This document shows, piece by piece, positions 23,053 through 36,876 of a stretch of DNA of 64,000 nt. The DNA is taken from positions 33,854,001-33,918,000 of the forward strand of contig NC_058368.1 of NCBI RefSeq assembly GCF_018350175.1. Reading direction: 5' to 3'. A program made the position numbers and the translations under genes. Below the pieces are notes generated by a model, which searched no databases, was not told the origin of the DNA, and was given only the letters and a program-made list of their open reading frames with translations. Source of the stretch: Felis catus (lineage: Eukaryota). Each line of letters begins with the position of its first letter. Within the stretch, counting starts at the first letter, position 1.

Positions 23053-24450
23053 CCACTTCAGTTACCTTTTAATTTTACTTTTATAATTATTTTTAAAGCA
23101 AGGAAAATAATTGGAAGTGGTTAATGCAATATTACGTTTATTAGGTTAAAAAAGAACTGTCTCATTAGATTTAGAAAATACAATGTCTTCCTGCTTTAGC
23201 TTTTTGTTTTATGCTATATAGTAAGGTAATAATATACCTGCCTAATAATTCTCCCATAGAGTTAGAGAAGATTAAAAATTAAACAAAAAACAAGCAAATG
23301 AATGAAATAGGTATGACACTTTAATTTATTTTTTCAGTTTACTTTATAATTTTTATTATATGCAAATTGATGTTATTGATGTGTTTTATGAATTCATAGA
23401 GTATAGACTAATGAAATTAAAAAGTAATAAATATTTTTTGGCTGTGCCATGTGCCACCAATATATGTATGTTTGGGGGACAGTAAATAGGAGAATTTTGT
23501 GTGGGCTACACTGAAGGGCGTCTTCAGGACACAAGCACTCATCCTCATAGATCCCATAAGGGAAAATGAGGTTGGAAAAAAGTCTCTATTAGAAAAAATT
23601 ATCAGTTTTTTAACAAACGGGACAAAGCAAGGGTCTCAAGAGGCAAATGAATCAGCCTTCAGCATATATCTTAGATTTGAGAGGTTCTTTGACTTTTGAA
23701 TTTCAGTAACATATTTTCACCCCAAGCTTCTCCTATCTACTTAATCAAAAATAAGAAAAAGATATAATCTTCTGCTTTCTCAAGTGTCCATGTGTATCTT
23801 AACCTCCTGTGCACTGCTCTGTTGTTCATGCTTCTTCCTCGATAAAATGATGGTAGAGAAATGTATAAATTCTTCCCTATCTCTTCCCCACTCCTGCCAG
23901 AGAAACAGGGAATTTGAACTTTGCCAACAACAAATGCACGGAAACACAATACATCTTACAGGGGACAGGGGGCACACAATACATCTTAGTAGTTTTAATG
24001 ATACCTAAGAATGACACTGACTAATTTAATAGCTTATTTCATATTTGTAACAGTTACTCTCTATTTTTTAAAGAATTTGAGAAAATTGGATTAGAAGTAT
24101 TTGCTTCTGTCTTATCTGAGAGAATAATAAACTGGGTTACCACAGGGTTTACTCATTCCAGGAGGTGAGATGGATTTAATTCTTTACTCATAAATGAAAG
24201 GGAAAATTGGCATTATATAGAAATATACAATTTTTAAAAATGTGTTACAAATACAGTATTCTAGATTTTTATTACTTTACCAATCATTTAGTCCCTCTCT
24301 ATAACATCTCAACCCCTAGCCATGTGATGATCTCCAGCACCTTCTATGAGAGGAATCTTTCCCACCCCCTGGATGTTTTATTTTGGCGTATGAATTTATT
24401 TGGCCAATTAAAGGTGGATGAAATGAAATTATCCTTCAGAAGTTACCAGT

Positions 24451-24838
24451 TATTTCAGAGAAAGACAAATAACCATATGACTTCACTTACATGTGGAATC
24501 TAAGAAACAGATGATTAAACAAAGAGCAGAAAGATACTTAAAAATACAGAGAACAAACTGATGGTTGCCAGAGGGGATTCGGACAAGGGGATGAGCAAAA
24601 GGGGTGAAGGGGGTGGGAGGCACAGGCTTCCAGTTATGGAATGAATAAGGCAGGTGAATAAAAGATACAGTATAAGGAATATAGTCAATGATATTGTAAT
24701 AGCAGGGTATGGTGACAGATGGTAGTTACACCTGGGGTGAACCTAGCATAACATAATGTATAGAGATATTGAATCGCTGTATTGTACACCTGAAACTAAT
24801 GTAACATTGTGTGTCAACTATAGTCAAGGTTTTTAAAA
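24451..24838 (+). mobile_element. Carnivore L1 (L1_Carn-like) 3' end
   Basis: CAGAGAAAGACAAATAACCATATG..ACAAACTGATGGTTGCCAGAGG..TGTACACCTGAAACTAATGTAAC; perfect 14-bp TSD CAGAAGTTACCAGT. Confidence 0.92.
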
Positions 24839-25866
24839 CAGAAGTTACCAGTCTTTGCATAGTTCCATCGCAAGAACATCTTATTCTAATAAACGTAGAT
24901 TCTTCCTTCTGGGCGGTGGTAAAAAGAACACACATAGAAGAGAGACTCAGACAACCTGTATCTGATAAGTTATGGCAAGCCACTGAGTGCTTTTTGTTTT
25001 GTTTTGTTTCTGTTTTTTTTTTTTAACTGAAGATAGGAAGATCAAATTGCCTGCATTTGAAAATAATCATAAAACATGAAAAATAGGCCTTTTTGTATTT
25101 TTGATAAGTGAGGACAAACAATGCCTTCCAACCATCTGTACTATATTTCTCCTCTGAGAGTATTGATAGCACCAACATCTTACAAATGAAGACTTAGTTA
25201 TTCCTAAGAAAAACAACTTCTTAATGATGCTGAGCTCTAAAACCTGAAATAAAAGTTGCAACAGAGATTTATGGTCTCATATTTAAGCAAAAGTGCAAGC
25301 CAGACTATTAACCATCTGAGCTTTCTATTGGGAAAAATGTACAGCAAAAAATAAGAAGACCTCCCTGAAGAGCTACAGGAATATGTGAAGAAATAATCTC
25401 TGCAAAGAGAACTTGAGAATAGGAACGCCCGTCAAAGTCTGAAATATGTGATGTCAACAGGCAGCATACTGAAGCAGGGTGTATATGCCAAGGAGGAAGA
25501 CAAAGGAATCTGTGAAAGTCAGTCATCATGGCTCATTTAGAAGGCAGGCAGAACAGTGAATTTTGCACCAAAACAATCATCAGCTAACTTAGTCGATAAA
25601 TTGCTAAAAATACTTTGCAGGAGCTCATTGTGAGTTCCCACTTTAGTGCCCTGAATCTTGCTGAATAAGTTGCATTTAATAGCTGACACATATTTGTCCC
25701 ATGGTATTTTCTAATATGTTTGGAATAAACAGGTGGAAAGCCTATTAGCCCCTAAAAGAAACCAGTAAAATCAAATTAAAAACAGAAGAGACCCTAGTCT
25801 GGAAATTTAACAGAAAAAAAAAATACAATGAACATAATTATGAGAAAAATAAATTTATATTCCTTC

Positions 25867-26411
25867 TGTATTAGTTTCCTATCGCTACAGTAACAAATCG
25901 CCACAAAGTGGGTGGATTAAAACAGCACAAATTTATTGTCTTACCATTCTGTAGTTCAGAAGGGTCTTGCTTTATTAAAATCAACGCGTTAGCAGGGCTG
26001 TGTTCCTTTCTGAAGGCTGTAAGGGGATAATTTGTTTCCTGCCCATTTGAGAACAGAATCCAGTTCCTTGCACTATGAATCTGAGGGCCATTCCCAGTTT
26101 CTAGGGGCCACTTTCCAATGACTTGTGGCCTCTTTCCTTTACCTTCAGAGTCAGCAACAGCAGGTCAGATTTCCAACATGCTTCCTCCTTCTTTAATCTC
26201 TTTATTCTAAGCCAGTCAAGAAAGTTCTTGGTTTTTAAGAAATCCTGTAATTGATTAAGCCTTCTCGGATAATCAATGACAATCTTACCATCTCAAGGTC
26301 TTTACCTTAATTATATCTACAAATTCCATTTTGCCATGAAACGTAATCTATTCACAGGTTCAGGTGATTAGGCGTGGACCTCCTTAGAGTGACATTATTT
26401 TGCCTACAATA
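25867..26411 (-). mobile_element. MLT1D/E-like solo LTR, complete
   Basis: TGTATTAGTTTCCTAT...ATTATTTTGCCTACAATA; 5-bp TSD CCTTC/CCTAC. Confidence 0.88.
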
Positions 26412-26744
26412 CCTACTAAATGGCTACCCCAGCATTCATGAGCAAAAAGGTAAGAGAGGAAATGGGTATAAATAAGACAACATTTAGGAGAGAGAATGGA
26501 CACTTGGCCTATATCACAGGAAACCTGAAGCACCCATATAAGGTCATGGTGATGATTTGAAAGGTAAAAAACTCCATAGCTACCTGACAGACCACCTCTG
26601 CTTTTCTCCTTCTTCCCTTGTAGCTGCTGCTTCTATATACGATCTGAAAGCCAAGAACTCGATTTTCACATAATAGTACTCAGAATTCTGAATATTTATC
26701 AGCTTCTATCCTAGTGTGTAAGTTTCATTTCTGGGTCATCTACA

Positions 26745-26900
26745 ATAGAGAGGCTTAGTGTGATTGTTAGTAATACACATCTCCTAGACTGTCCCCAACT
26801 GCTAAATATGAATAGGGGAGGGGCATGTATGGTCTGGTAAACTCTATTTTTAACAAGCTTCCAAAGTGATCCTTATTCATAAAATTTGAAAATTGCTGCT
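26745..26900. mobile_element. MER5-like hAT-Charlie fragment
   Basis: TATTTTTAACAAGCTTCCAAAGTGATCCTTAT..AAATTTGAAAATTGCTG end motif. Confidence 0.55.
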
Positions 26901-27351
26901 ATAGTAGATAGAGCTGCCTTCAGAAGTCAGTTTTTTTTTTTTTTTTTTTTTGACAAATCATTAAAAGACATTGGATAAAATAGATCAGGGGAGAGCAAAA
27001 TGCTACAGGAGGTAAGTATACAGTTATGTTTACTAATTGCCTCCTCTTTTTTTCATTAGTTCAATATCTAAGATACAAAAAAATAAACGACAACCTAACA
27101 AAGGACTCCAACAATTTCAGCTTACCTTAAATCTATCACTGAATATTTTATTTGGAGAAATTAAGTAGCCTGGCCTAATATATACTAAGATACAGTCAGT
27201 GATCTTAAGACCATTAATTGATGAAAGTCAAATGATTAATAATTTTAATTTATCCTTTTGAATTAAAGGAATCTCTTAATTTGATATTCATTTGGAGCAA
27301 TCATTAGATCTATATTTGGACATCTAGTGGGAATGTAATGCTTCAATTTTT

Positions 27352-27572
27352 TTTTTTAATTTTTATTTTCAACGTTTGTTTATTTTTGGGACAGAGAGAG
27401 ACAGAGCATGAACGGGGGAGGGGCAGAGAGAGAGGGAGACACAGAATCGGAAACAGGCTCCAGGCTCTGAGCCATCAGCCCAGAGCCTGACGCGGGGCTC
27501 GAACTCCCGGACCGCGAGATCGTGACCTGGCCGAAGTCGGACGCTTAACCGACTGCGCCACCCCGGCGCCCC
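27352..27572 (-). mobile_element. Young SINEC_Fc
   Basis: Near-consensus with CpGs intact; perfect 16-bp TSD TAATGCTTCAATTTTT. Confidence 0.97.
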
Positions 27573-28779
27573 TAATGCTTCAATTTTTACATTCATCTAA
27601 TTTCAATGCTCCTGATCCTAAATAAATAAATAATTTAAGGTGTCTGTGGGAGGTACTATTATTTTCTTTCAGATTAGTTTAAATTAGACAAAAAGTGCTC
27701 TTTCGTAGTCCTTATCTTTGTACAGTGAGGAGATGATTATGTACATAAAGATGTTTTCGAATAACTTGTTTATTTTCACTGATCTCTCAAATAATTAATG
27801 GTTATCACCAAGATCCCACTTTGGCAACAGCAAAAATATTTCACAACTATTAGAAAGTAGAGGACTGTATTTTTCAAATGTAAGTAAAACACCAAAGTAT
27901 GATGGATTATTAGGTTTACAGAAGCAACATGAACTAAATTTAGCTGCATGACAATTATTCATCTTTGTTCCACCTTCCCATACAAACAGGGAACAATTTT
28001 AAGGACATTAAAAAGCAGTAGCAAATTTCCAATATCACTTTTCTATGCTAATGGTTAAAAAAAAATCTAATTAATTCAGTCTTGCTGCAGAACCATCACA
28101 GAGAGATTCTAAACTAGGTGTTAATAAACAAATGCCTAGCCTTGTAAAAAGTGTCCGTGTGATCTATATATACACACATAGCAGGCGCAGGAAAACTGTG
28201 AAGAAGGCCACAAGCTTGGGCCTTCAGTCACCCTGTGAATCACTCCTGCTTCATTCTCCGGATAATAATGAGACCAAAATGAATGAGTGGTAGCAGAACT
28301 CGCGGAAGTTTGTGAAAGAAAGAGACAAAACTTCATAGCCTAACTATATCAGAAACAGTATGACACGATAAATTTAACATCGTACCTGGAGCAAATAGAA
28401 AATACCAAAATTATAGGTTTCTAGGGGCCGGGGATGAGAAAATAGACAATATAATCAGAATATGTTCTACATCAAAGGTAGCCAGTTTGAAACTTTTCAA
28501 GAGTTTAATGTTTGGGGGAGAGGGAGACGATGTTCAAATAAATTTGCACAATATCAAATCTGTTAAAGACTCAATTTATCTTGGGGATAAAATAATTATT
28601 TTAACCACTGGATTAAAATATATATACATAAATCTTACCTAGAAATAAAATTGTGTTACCTACATTTCCAATTCACAATGTATTGAAAATGGCATTAACC
28701 TGATATCTTCTCTATGTTGAAAATATTGAGCTGTCCATGATCAGGGAGCATGAAACGATGAGAATCAGGACACCATGTG

Positions 28780-29641
28780 AAAAACAGAAATTCCGGGGGA
28801 AAAGTGTTTGAGAACAGGGACGCTCCATGGACCCAAGGAGATAATGAGTGGTTTCTGAAACTAAATTCTCAGCCCAAAGAATTCAAGACTTATGTCAGGG
28901 ACCTATTTATAATGGCTGACAGTGACATAACTCTGAGTTTGATGGGCAGAGATTTTGGTCTTCACAGGGTGCTTAATTAATATGTACATCCCTTTGTTCC
29001 TACATATGGACATAAATCACATGGCCAAATACCTAAAAGGTATACTTTTAGGTAGCCTGAACAAAACAGAGGACTCAGAAGACTCATGCTTTAACACCTG
29101 CCCCATTACGCGTGAGACTATGGTTGTGAGGAGATCACTATTCTCTCAACGTTTTAGATTCATACCTATAAAGGCAGATGGCATTGTTCTTCAGTAATAG
29201 ACACTTGTTCCAAACAGACCATTTCGGATCCATTGTAGCATTTCTGTATTCAGTTCCTTCAGCAGTGTTGCAATTTTGGTTTTGCTTCCCATAGCCTACA
29301 TCACCCCTGGAAGATACAGTCCATCACCCCACAAGCACAATCCTAGTAGTCCTGCGTTAAGAGCCGATGAGTATAGTAAAATGAAAACCCAACTTACTGG
29401 CCTTTGGTTGAGACAGCCTCCAAGGCCTAATTTACATGCTAAAGTTTCTCTGGCATATCAGGGTTAAGCTGTGCTCCGGAAGATCTTTCCTGAAATTGTA
29501 CCCATGTTTTCTTCCTTGGCTTCTTCTTTACCTCTGTCCTGTTTCTGCCACTCTCACTGGATTTGGCTGGGATCACTTAATAAATCACTTGCACAGAAAT
29601 TCTTGCCTCAGGATCTGCTTTTGGGGTGTCCAATCTAAGAC
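28780..29641 (+). mobile_element. ERVL integrase remnant plus LTR16-like LTR
   Basis: TGTTCTTCAGTAATAGACACTTGTTCC (cf. FVLTGIDTYSG); LTR16-type end AATAAATCACTTGCACAGAAATTCTTGCCTCAGGATCTGCTTTTGGGG..CTAAGACA. Confidence 0.65.
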
Positions 29642-29904
29642 ACTTAGAACACCGATTTTCAAAACAACCACGTTTGAACATAGAATCATTTGGCACAAAA
29701 TGTGCTTCCCCAACTCAAAGATTCTATATGTACAACTTGTTCCAGATAAAGAATAAAACTTATGACTTTATACTATCTCTCTGAAAATGTGGTAACATAG
29801 TTTTCTTGTATTTGTTTGTTTTATGGACTTTTATGAGTCCTTTACCACTTATAAGACATATAAAAGCTCTTCAAAATCTAAAGCATAATTGTAAAGTATG
29901 TCTT

Positions 29905-30990
29905 TTATTTAGTAATATGCATTTTAGGATCCTCCATGTATTTTCATGGATTGACAGCTCATTTCTGTATTAAAACTGAGTAATAGTCCATTGTATGGAT
30001 GTACCAGCTTGCTTATTATTTACCTACTAAAGGACATCTTGGCTGCTTCCTTCCACCTTTCAGCAATAAATAGAACTGCTATAAATATCTCTGTGTGTTT
30101 TTAAATTTTTTTTCAACGTTTATTTATTTTGGGGACAGAGAGAGACAGAGCATGAACGGGGGAGGGGCAGAGAGAGAGGGAGACACAGGCTCAGAAACAG
30201 GCTCCAGGCTCTGAGCCATCAGCCCAGAGCCTGATGCGGGGCTCGAACTCAGGGACCGCGAGATCGTGACCTGGCTGAAGTCGGACGCTTAACCGACTGC
30301 GCCACCCAGGTGCCCCATCTCTGTGTGTTTTTAAATACATGCAAGTGTTCAACTCCTTTGTTTAAATACCATTGAGTGTGAGTGTAAGACTGAATTACAA
30401 GAAACCAACGAATTGTCTTCCAAAGTGGCTGTACTAGTTTGCTTTCCCACCTGTCATGAGTAAAAGTTCCTGGTGCTCCATATTGTCACCAGCATTTGAT
30501 GCTGTCCGTGTTCCAGATTTTGGTCATTCTAATAGGTGTTTAGTGGTATCTCTTTGTTGTTTTCATTTACATTTTTCTGGTGACATATGATGTGGGGCAT
30601 TTTTCATATGCTTTTATACCATTTGTATATCTTCTTTGGTGATGTTTCTGTTAAAGGTCTTTGACCAATTTTTTTAACAGCGTTGTTTTCTTCTTGTTAG
30701 TTTTAAGAGGTCTTTGCATATTTTGGATAGCAGTCCTTTACCAGATGTGCCTTTGCAAATAATTTTTCCAGGTCTGTGTCTTGTCTTCTCATTCTCCTGA
30801 CATTGTGTTTCATAGAGCAGAAATTTTCATCTTGATGATGTCCAGCTTATCAACTATTTCTTTTATGGATCATGCTTATGGTGTTATATCTATAAAGTCT
30901 TCTCAATGTCTAAGGTCATCTAGAATTTCTCTCAGGTTGTCTTCTAGGAGTTTTATAGTTTTGCAGCTATAATCCATTTTGACTTAACTT
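29905..30990 (-). mobile_element. L1MC1-like fragment
   Basis: ATGCATTTTAGGATCCTCCATGTATTTTCATGGATTGACAGCTC..CCTACTAAAGGACATCTTGG, continuing into the antisense ORF2 end. Confidence 0.85.
30107..30316 (-). mobile_element. Young SINEC_Fc
   Basis: Near-consensus; perfect 20-bp TSD ATCTCTGTGTGTTTTTAAAT. Confidence 0.97.
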
Positions 30991-31514
30991 TTATAAACTA
31001 AAAAATGAATTGAAGTAAGGAGCACTTAACAAAGAAGTTAAAACACACAAGAAAGAGCAGATGTTAATATTTTCTCATATAGTCCATAGCACAGAATATG
31101 TCTTTTGGATTTCAAAACAGCACATTTAATAATTAGTTTTTATTTTATTTTATTTTATTTTTTATTTTATTTTATTTATAACGACAAATCTTTATTGATC
31201 TAGAAGTCTCAAGTCCAGTAATAATTGTTGGCTTTACAAAACAGTAAGCTATAGTTCTTTCCTCTGAAGAGATCGAAATCAACAAGATATTTGAATAATT
31301 CTGTTACATATATACTGACCAAAAATAGTATGCCCTAAGAACCATAAATTATTGAGAAAGAAGTAATTTATTACTCCTGGTGAAAAGGAAGTTTAGAGAA
31401 CTCTTCTTAGAAGTGGTAAAATATATGCACCCGTTTGACTGATGAGTAGTATTGAATCATCTGGAAGAAGAAAAGAAGATTTTTCCAAAAAGAACAGATA
31501 GCATAGAGGAAAAA

Positions 31515-31524
31515 AGAGAGAGAG

Positions 31525-31563
<39 letters not shown>
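31515..31563. repeat. (GA)n microsatellite
   Basis: Direct observation. Confidence 0.97.
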
Positions 31564-31566
<3 letters not shown>

Positions 31567-32425
31567 ACAATGTATACGGAAATACTGCTATGTAGTTAAA
31601 GCATGGGAACATGAAGGAACATGGCAAAACTTTAGAAAGGCAGATTATGAATGGATATGTTTGATTTACTAGGGAGTCGTTTTATCATTTTGATAATTTG
31701 GATCATAACATATTATGGAATCAATTTTAATTCCAATAATTATGGAATCAAGTTTATATTTTAGAAAAAAAATAGAAAAATAATTCTAAAAATATTTTAT
31801 AGAATAATTAGAATGTAAAGATGCAGGCAGCAGGAAACCTTAGTAAGCTTCCTTAATAAGCCATTTAGTAGTGCAGACAAAAGATAGTGAGCATGTAAAC
31901 TATCACAGTGGCTAGTACATATAGGTACCTCGTAAGTACTTGCTGACTGACTGCTCCACTGATACTAAACAAGGGGAACGATTAAAGCTATTTTGTGGCC
32001 CTTAAGAAAATGAGAGTATCTGTTTGTAGAAAATAAGGAAAAGGACAGATTTAAAGAAGGTTCCTACATTACTGACATTGATAATTCGATAATGCTACCG
32101 CTTAGAAAAAAAAAAAAGGTGAAAGGTTTTGGGAAGAAAAGCGATGTAGTCTAATGTGGATGGTTTGCCGCAAAAAGGCATGTTCTCCAAAGCGAAGCCA
32201 ATGTATAATTGCAGATCTACCTATCACTGAAAGGACAAAGTCAAAGCTGGAGAAAAGCAGCTGATGGATGACGGGAAGCTTCATAGATGTGGATGAAGGA
32301 ATCTAGTGAATATTCTAGAGCAAGAATAGTGGAGAACTGAGGAGAGAACCATGACATAAAGTTTGTAGAGATGGGAGAATGAGTTATCTCAGAGATTGGA
32401 GAAGACTTAGAATAGAGGTCTGTCA

Positions 32426-32634
32426 GGGCACCTGGGTGGCTCTGTCGGTTGGACATTGGACTTGGGCTCAGGTTATGATCTCATGGTTTGTGGGTTCAAG
32501 CCCCACATCGGGCTCTATGTTGACAGCTCAGAGTCTGGAGCATGCTTTGGATTCTGTATCTCCCTCTGTTTCTGACCCTCCTCCCCTACTCATTCTATGT
32601 CTGTCTCCCGAAAATGAATAAATATTTTTTAAAA
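32426..32634 (+). mobile_element. CAN-SINE
   Basis: TSD TTAGAATAGAGGTCT. Confidence 0.94.
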
Positions 32635-32794
32635 TTAGAATAGAGGTCTCTAGGTACCATGTAAAAGCAAATTCAAGAAAGTCTTTTGAGGATCATTAGT
32701 CATCTTGGTGAAACATGCTTAAGACAAGTCATATAAATGTGAAGAGTGTACTAAAAGGTGAAAACTTGGTGATGATAATTTTAGAATTGTCCTT

Positions 32795-32796
<2 letters not shown>

Positions 32797-32845
<49 letters not shown>

Positions 32846-32851
32846 TGTGTG
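32797..32851. repeat. (GT)n microsatellite
   Basis: Direct observation. Confidence 0.98.
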
Positions 32852-33204
32852 AAATAAAAGAGGGAATTAAACGTCAAAAGAGAATCAGTCCCAATAGTTT
32901 TTTTTTTTTTTCTTCAGGATGAGAGTACTTACATATGTTTATAGACTAAATGGAAGGCGCCAACAGAGATAGAGAAACTGAAGATATAAGGGGTGAAGTG
33001 GAGAAGATAATATCAATGCCTTGCCCCTGAAAAGAAAGAGTTTCAATAGCAGGAACAAAAGGAGAGTACTGGGTCTGAAAAAGGAAAAAAGTGGGTATTT
33101 TTTGGCTGTAAGAAAAAAAGGAGAGAGAGTAAAGATGAAATACTTCATAAATTTATTAGTATTTTTGAAAAGACGCTTAGCAGAATCTTCCTACTGTGAT
33201 TACA

Positions 33205-33432
33205 TGAAAAAGAAGTTCTAGGAACAAACAAGTTTGAGACATACTAGATTAATGAGGGTATATAATTTTCCTAATACAGCAATACTAATGCCTTCAGTCC
33301 ATTCATTATTAATCTCTGAATTAGACATCTTTTATGCAACATTTTCCAAAATTGACAGGCCACAGAATACTGTTTTGATGAAAAATCTCATATGATTATA
33401 ATTCCAAGAGTCTCTAACGTGGAACATGCTGA
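33205..33432. mobile_element. MER103-like hAT-Charlie fragment
   Basis: AAGTTTGAGACATACT..CATTTTCCAAAATTGACAGGCCACAGAA..GGAACATGCTG. Confidence 0.4.
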
Positions 33433-34492
33433 TTTATATGCTATAACCTTGTCTTTTGTCCTCTATCTTCAGAGTCTATCAGTCACTTATATTATGCAGC
33501 ATAAGTATTAAATATCTAGGTAATGAATAAGGATGTGTGGGCTCTTGAGAAAATATACAAGCCATGGTTTCTATGGCTAAATTGCTTACTCCAATAACTG
33601 TGGATATTTCCAAAACAAAATAGTACAAGGAGGTTTGAGAATAAAGTCCTGAATTATATGATACAAACAATAATTCTCATAATTACTCAAAGACATAATG
33701 ATGCTTGGCATTCAAGAAAAAGTTGTCATCTATCTGTTCACTAAGTAATTACACAGAGAATAGAGAACTGATCTTCTCGAATTTTACCCAGTTCTGCCTT
33801 TAAATTATTTTAAAGGAACTTTTAGCTTTCTGAAACTTTGGTGTATAAATTACTATAATCCACGAAGTTGTATACAAAGAACTAAACCATTAATAGATCA
33901 TACTTGGGATAACACTGTTCTATTACAGTCACCAATCTTAAAATAAAATTACTAAGACAAGTTTAAAATGTATTATAAAATAAATGGAACTGATGTGTAC
34001 AAAAGCACAGAGATCTAGGAAAAAAATCTCCAAAAATATAATATTGTCTCAAATTACTATTGTTGGATAATAAAAGTCTGGGATATATTTCTATTTGACT
34101 CCTAATGAGTATCCCCAGTAATTTATACAAAATGATATGTATTTTTCTTTTTGGAAATAAAGTTGTTTTTAATAATCCCTTCCAGATAAAATGAAGAATC
34201 TTGGAAATAGCATTCATCAGTTCAATTTGGGCTTTTAAAAACAATTGCAAAGACTTTAAATAAAGTTCTGTGATGTGCTAATACTAACATCCAGTCACTG
34301 AGAGGGCAAAGGCAGAATCTTACAGCACAGAAATTACTTGTTTTATTAAATAAATCCTTTTAAATTGAGTAATAATTGAAAATAAACTCTATTGAAATGG
34401 TGATAAATTACTAAAACAATAAGGCTATACATTGCCAACTGGCCTATTCTCCAAATATAAGTACATATGGCTACATTAAGAAAATGATTGGT

Positions 34493-34719
34493 GGGGCGCC
34501 TGGGTGACTCAGTCAGTTAAGTGTCCAGTTTCAGCTCAGGTCATGATCTCGTGGTCCGTGAGGTCAAGCCCCGCATCAGGCTCTGTGCTGACAGCTCAGA
34601 GCCTGGAGCGTGCTTCAGATTCTGTCTCCATCTCTCTGCCTCTCCCCAGCTCATATTCTGTCTTCTGTCTCTCTCCCTCTCAAAAATAAACATTAAAATA
34701 ATAATAAAAAAAAAAAAAC
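34493..34719 (+). mobile_element. CAN-SINE
   Basis: TSD GAAAATGA(T/C)TGG. Confidence 0.95.
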
Positions 34720-36626
34720 GAAAATGACTGGCTATGAGTAATACTAGTTCAGTGTATACAAAAAGTACATTTCTACTTAAACAAAATCTTTTTTTATTGT
34801 TTTTCTCCTTATATTTCAGTGAAATAGTACAATGTTTATGCAAGTAAATTCAGTTAATACGCTATTACTCAAATGATCCTAATTAACACATTGTGTGACT
34901 TAGAATGCACTGACAAGTCTGACTATGAATTTTCTAGCTTTGTATGTTTAAGTTAGAACCTTCCCTAATTATTATAATTTATGAAACACTCTAATAAAGT
35001 AAAAATAGAGCAAGAATTATCTATTTGAAGATTATGAAGAACTTTCTCATTTCAGCTAGCCATATCATAAATATGCATTCTAAAAAGAAAATAAAACTGT
35101 TGTCATTTAATGATCACTTGGAATAAGAATTATACGTTAAGAAAAACGCCAAGTCTGTTCAGTTGACTAATACTAATACAACTCTGAGAAAACATGGGAA
35201 GCAAAATTGTATAAAGCCACATACCCTTCAAAAATGACAATAAACATGAATATGTGTAATTTGCAAAACTTTATGTTATGATTAAAAAGAAGAGTCCCAC
35301 AGTGTCTCAGTACATAAGATTTTGTGGTTTGTAGGTACCAAATAACCAATTTTGATTATTTAAAAAAGGGAAAATAAGTTTCAACTTCTAAAATAGCAAA
35401 ATAATTTTTAAAAATCACTGTACTTAACAGAAGATTGATTGTTTCAAAAAGATTTCCCTGATACCATATTCATTCGTTTTCTATTGTCCATAATATCTTC
35501 ATTCAAGTGTTACTCAGAATTCCATAAAAAGTATAGAGCCCTAAATACGCAGGTTCTTATTCCTACAAGTCTGTTTTGTTTTCCTTTGATTCTTGTTTGT
35601 GCATCCCCTTCTAGAAACCCTGTACCGACCAGTTTGGATTTGGTGGAAAAGTAGATAGAATATATAAAAACGGATACTGCAGATATACATCACTTGCTAT
35701 ACGTTGCCCAGGTCAAAAATAACGATTTTCCTGAGCCCCACTTCCCACTCGAGTATTTACTTTTTGAAACTAAGAAAATCTTACAGTTTCCATAATTTCC
35801 AGTTAAGGAATTAAGAAAGCAAATGCTTTGGGAGGGATGGATCAGGTAGAAGATCACTCCAAACCATGCTCATGGACGATACTTCATATCAGCAAACATT
35901 TGTAAATTATAACTGAACTTACAGAGGTGAGAGGGAGAGAAAACCTAACCTTGAGTGGAAAGCATAGTTATAACCATAAATTTAAAAATTATTTATTCTC
36001 AGGGACAATGCCTTCTAAAACTTACTACATGACATTTATCCCTTTAACTGCCCTCCTCAATCTGACTGGCTTCTAAAGAGACCAAATTTATGTGGTTTCA
36101 TGCAAGGCCTTTAATAAATAAATCTTAAGAATAGAGTAGTGTATGAATTGCATAGAAATGTCAGCCCTGAAGAGTGATCAGTGACTGGGAGAATGGAATA
36201 ATGAAGGGTATGAGGGCTAAATTTTGACATAACTTCAATGCCACTATCCACTTGCATCTTTCCTCCTTCAAGTATCGCTTTTATATGTTGAATTATAGCT
36301 AATGAAGCAGTATGTAAAATAATAATTATTTCAATTATCATTATTAATGCTCAATGAGTCTATGTATCTCAAGTCACTTGCAACTACAATTACCCCGTTC
36401 TTTAAGGTTGCTAAATCTCCCTATAGTTAATCTGGAGATAATTTACTATTTAACAATCTAATTCAAGACCCTAATTACTTTTGACTCTCAAATAAACTAT
36501 ACTTTCCTAGAGGCAATCCATGATTTATAAGGAGTTGTTTTTGTATCTTCTGTGGTACTTACAGCACTTGAAAATAGTTTAGATGTTTAAAATAATACAT
36601 ATTGAAAAAAAAAATTTAAAGGAGGG

Positions 36627-36828
36627 GGGCATCTGGGTGGCTCAGTCAGTTAAACATCAGACTTGGGCTCAGGTCATGATCTCCCAGTGAGTTGGAGCCC
36701 CGCATCAGCTCTCTGCCGACAGCTCAGAGCCTGGAGCCTGCTTCGGATTCTGTGTCTCCTTCTCTCTCTGCCCCTCCCCTGCTCACACTCTGTCTCTCTC
36801 TATACATAAAGAAGAAGAAGAAGAAGAA

Positions 36829-36859
<31 letters not shown>

Positions 36860-36876
36860 AAGAAGAAAATACATTT
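36627..36876 (+). mobile_element. CAN-SINE with (GAA)n tail (36808-36866)
   Basis: SINE body followed by ~19 AAG units. Confidence 0.94.

Larger units (their letters stand above)
31240..33180 (-). mobile_element. Degraded L2 (interrupted by SINE and microsatellites)
   Basis: Purine-rich tract with L2-like blocks (TTCTTAGAAGTGGTAA.., TTTATATTTTAGAAAA.., TTTAGTAGTGCAGACAAAAGATAGTG). Confidence 0.5.

Noticed and set aside
26935..27130. Isolated splice-like signals (GAG|GTAAGT at 27011; minus AAG|GTAAGC at ~27125)
   Set aside because: No paired acceptor or coding signal; expected by chance
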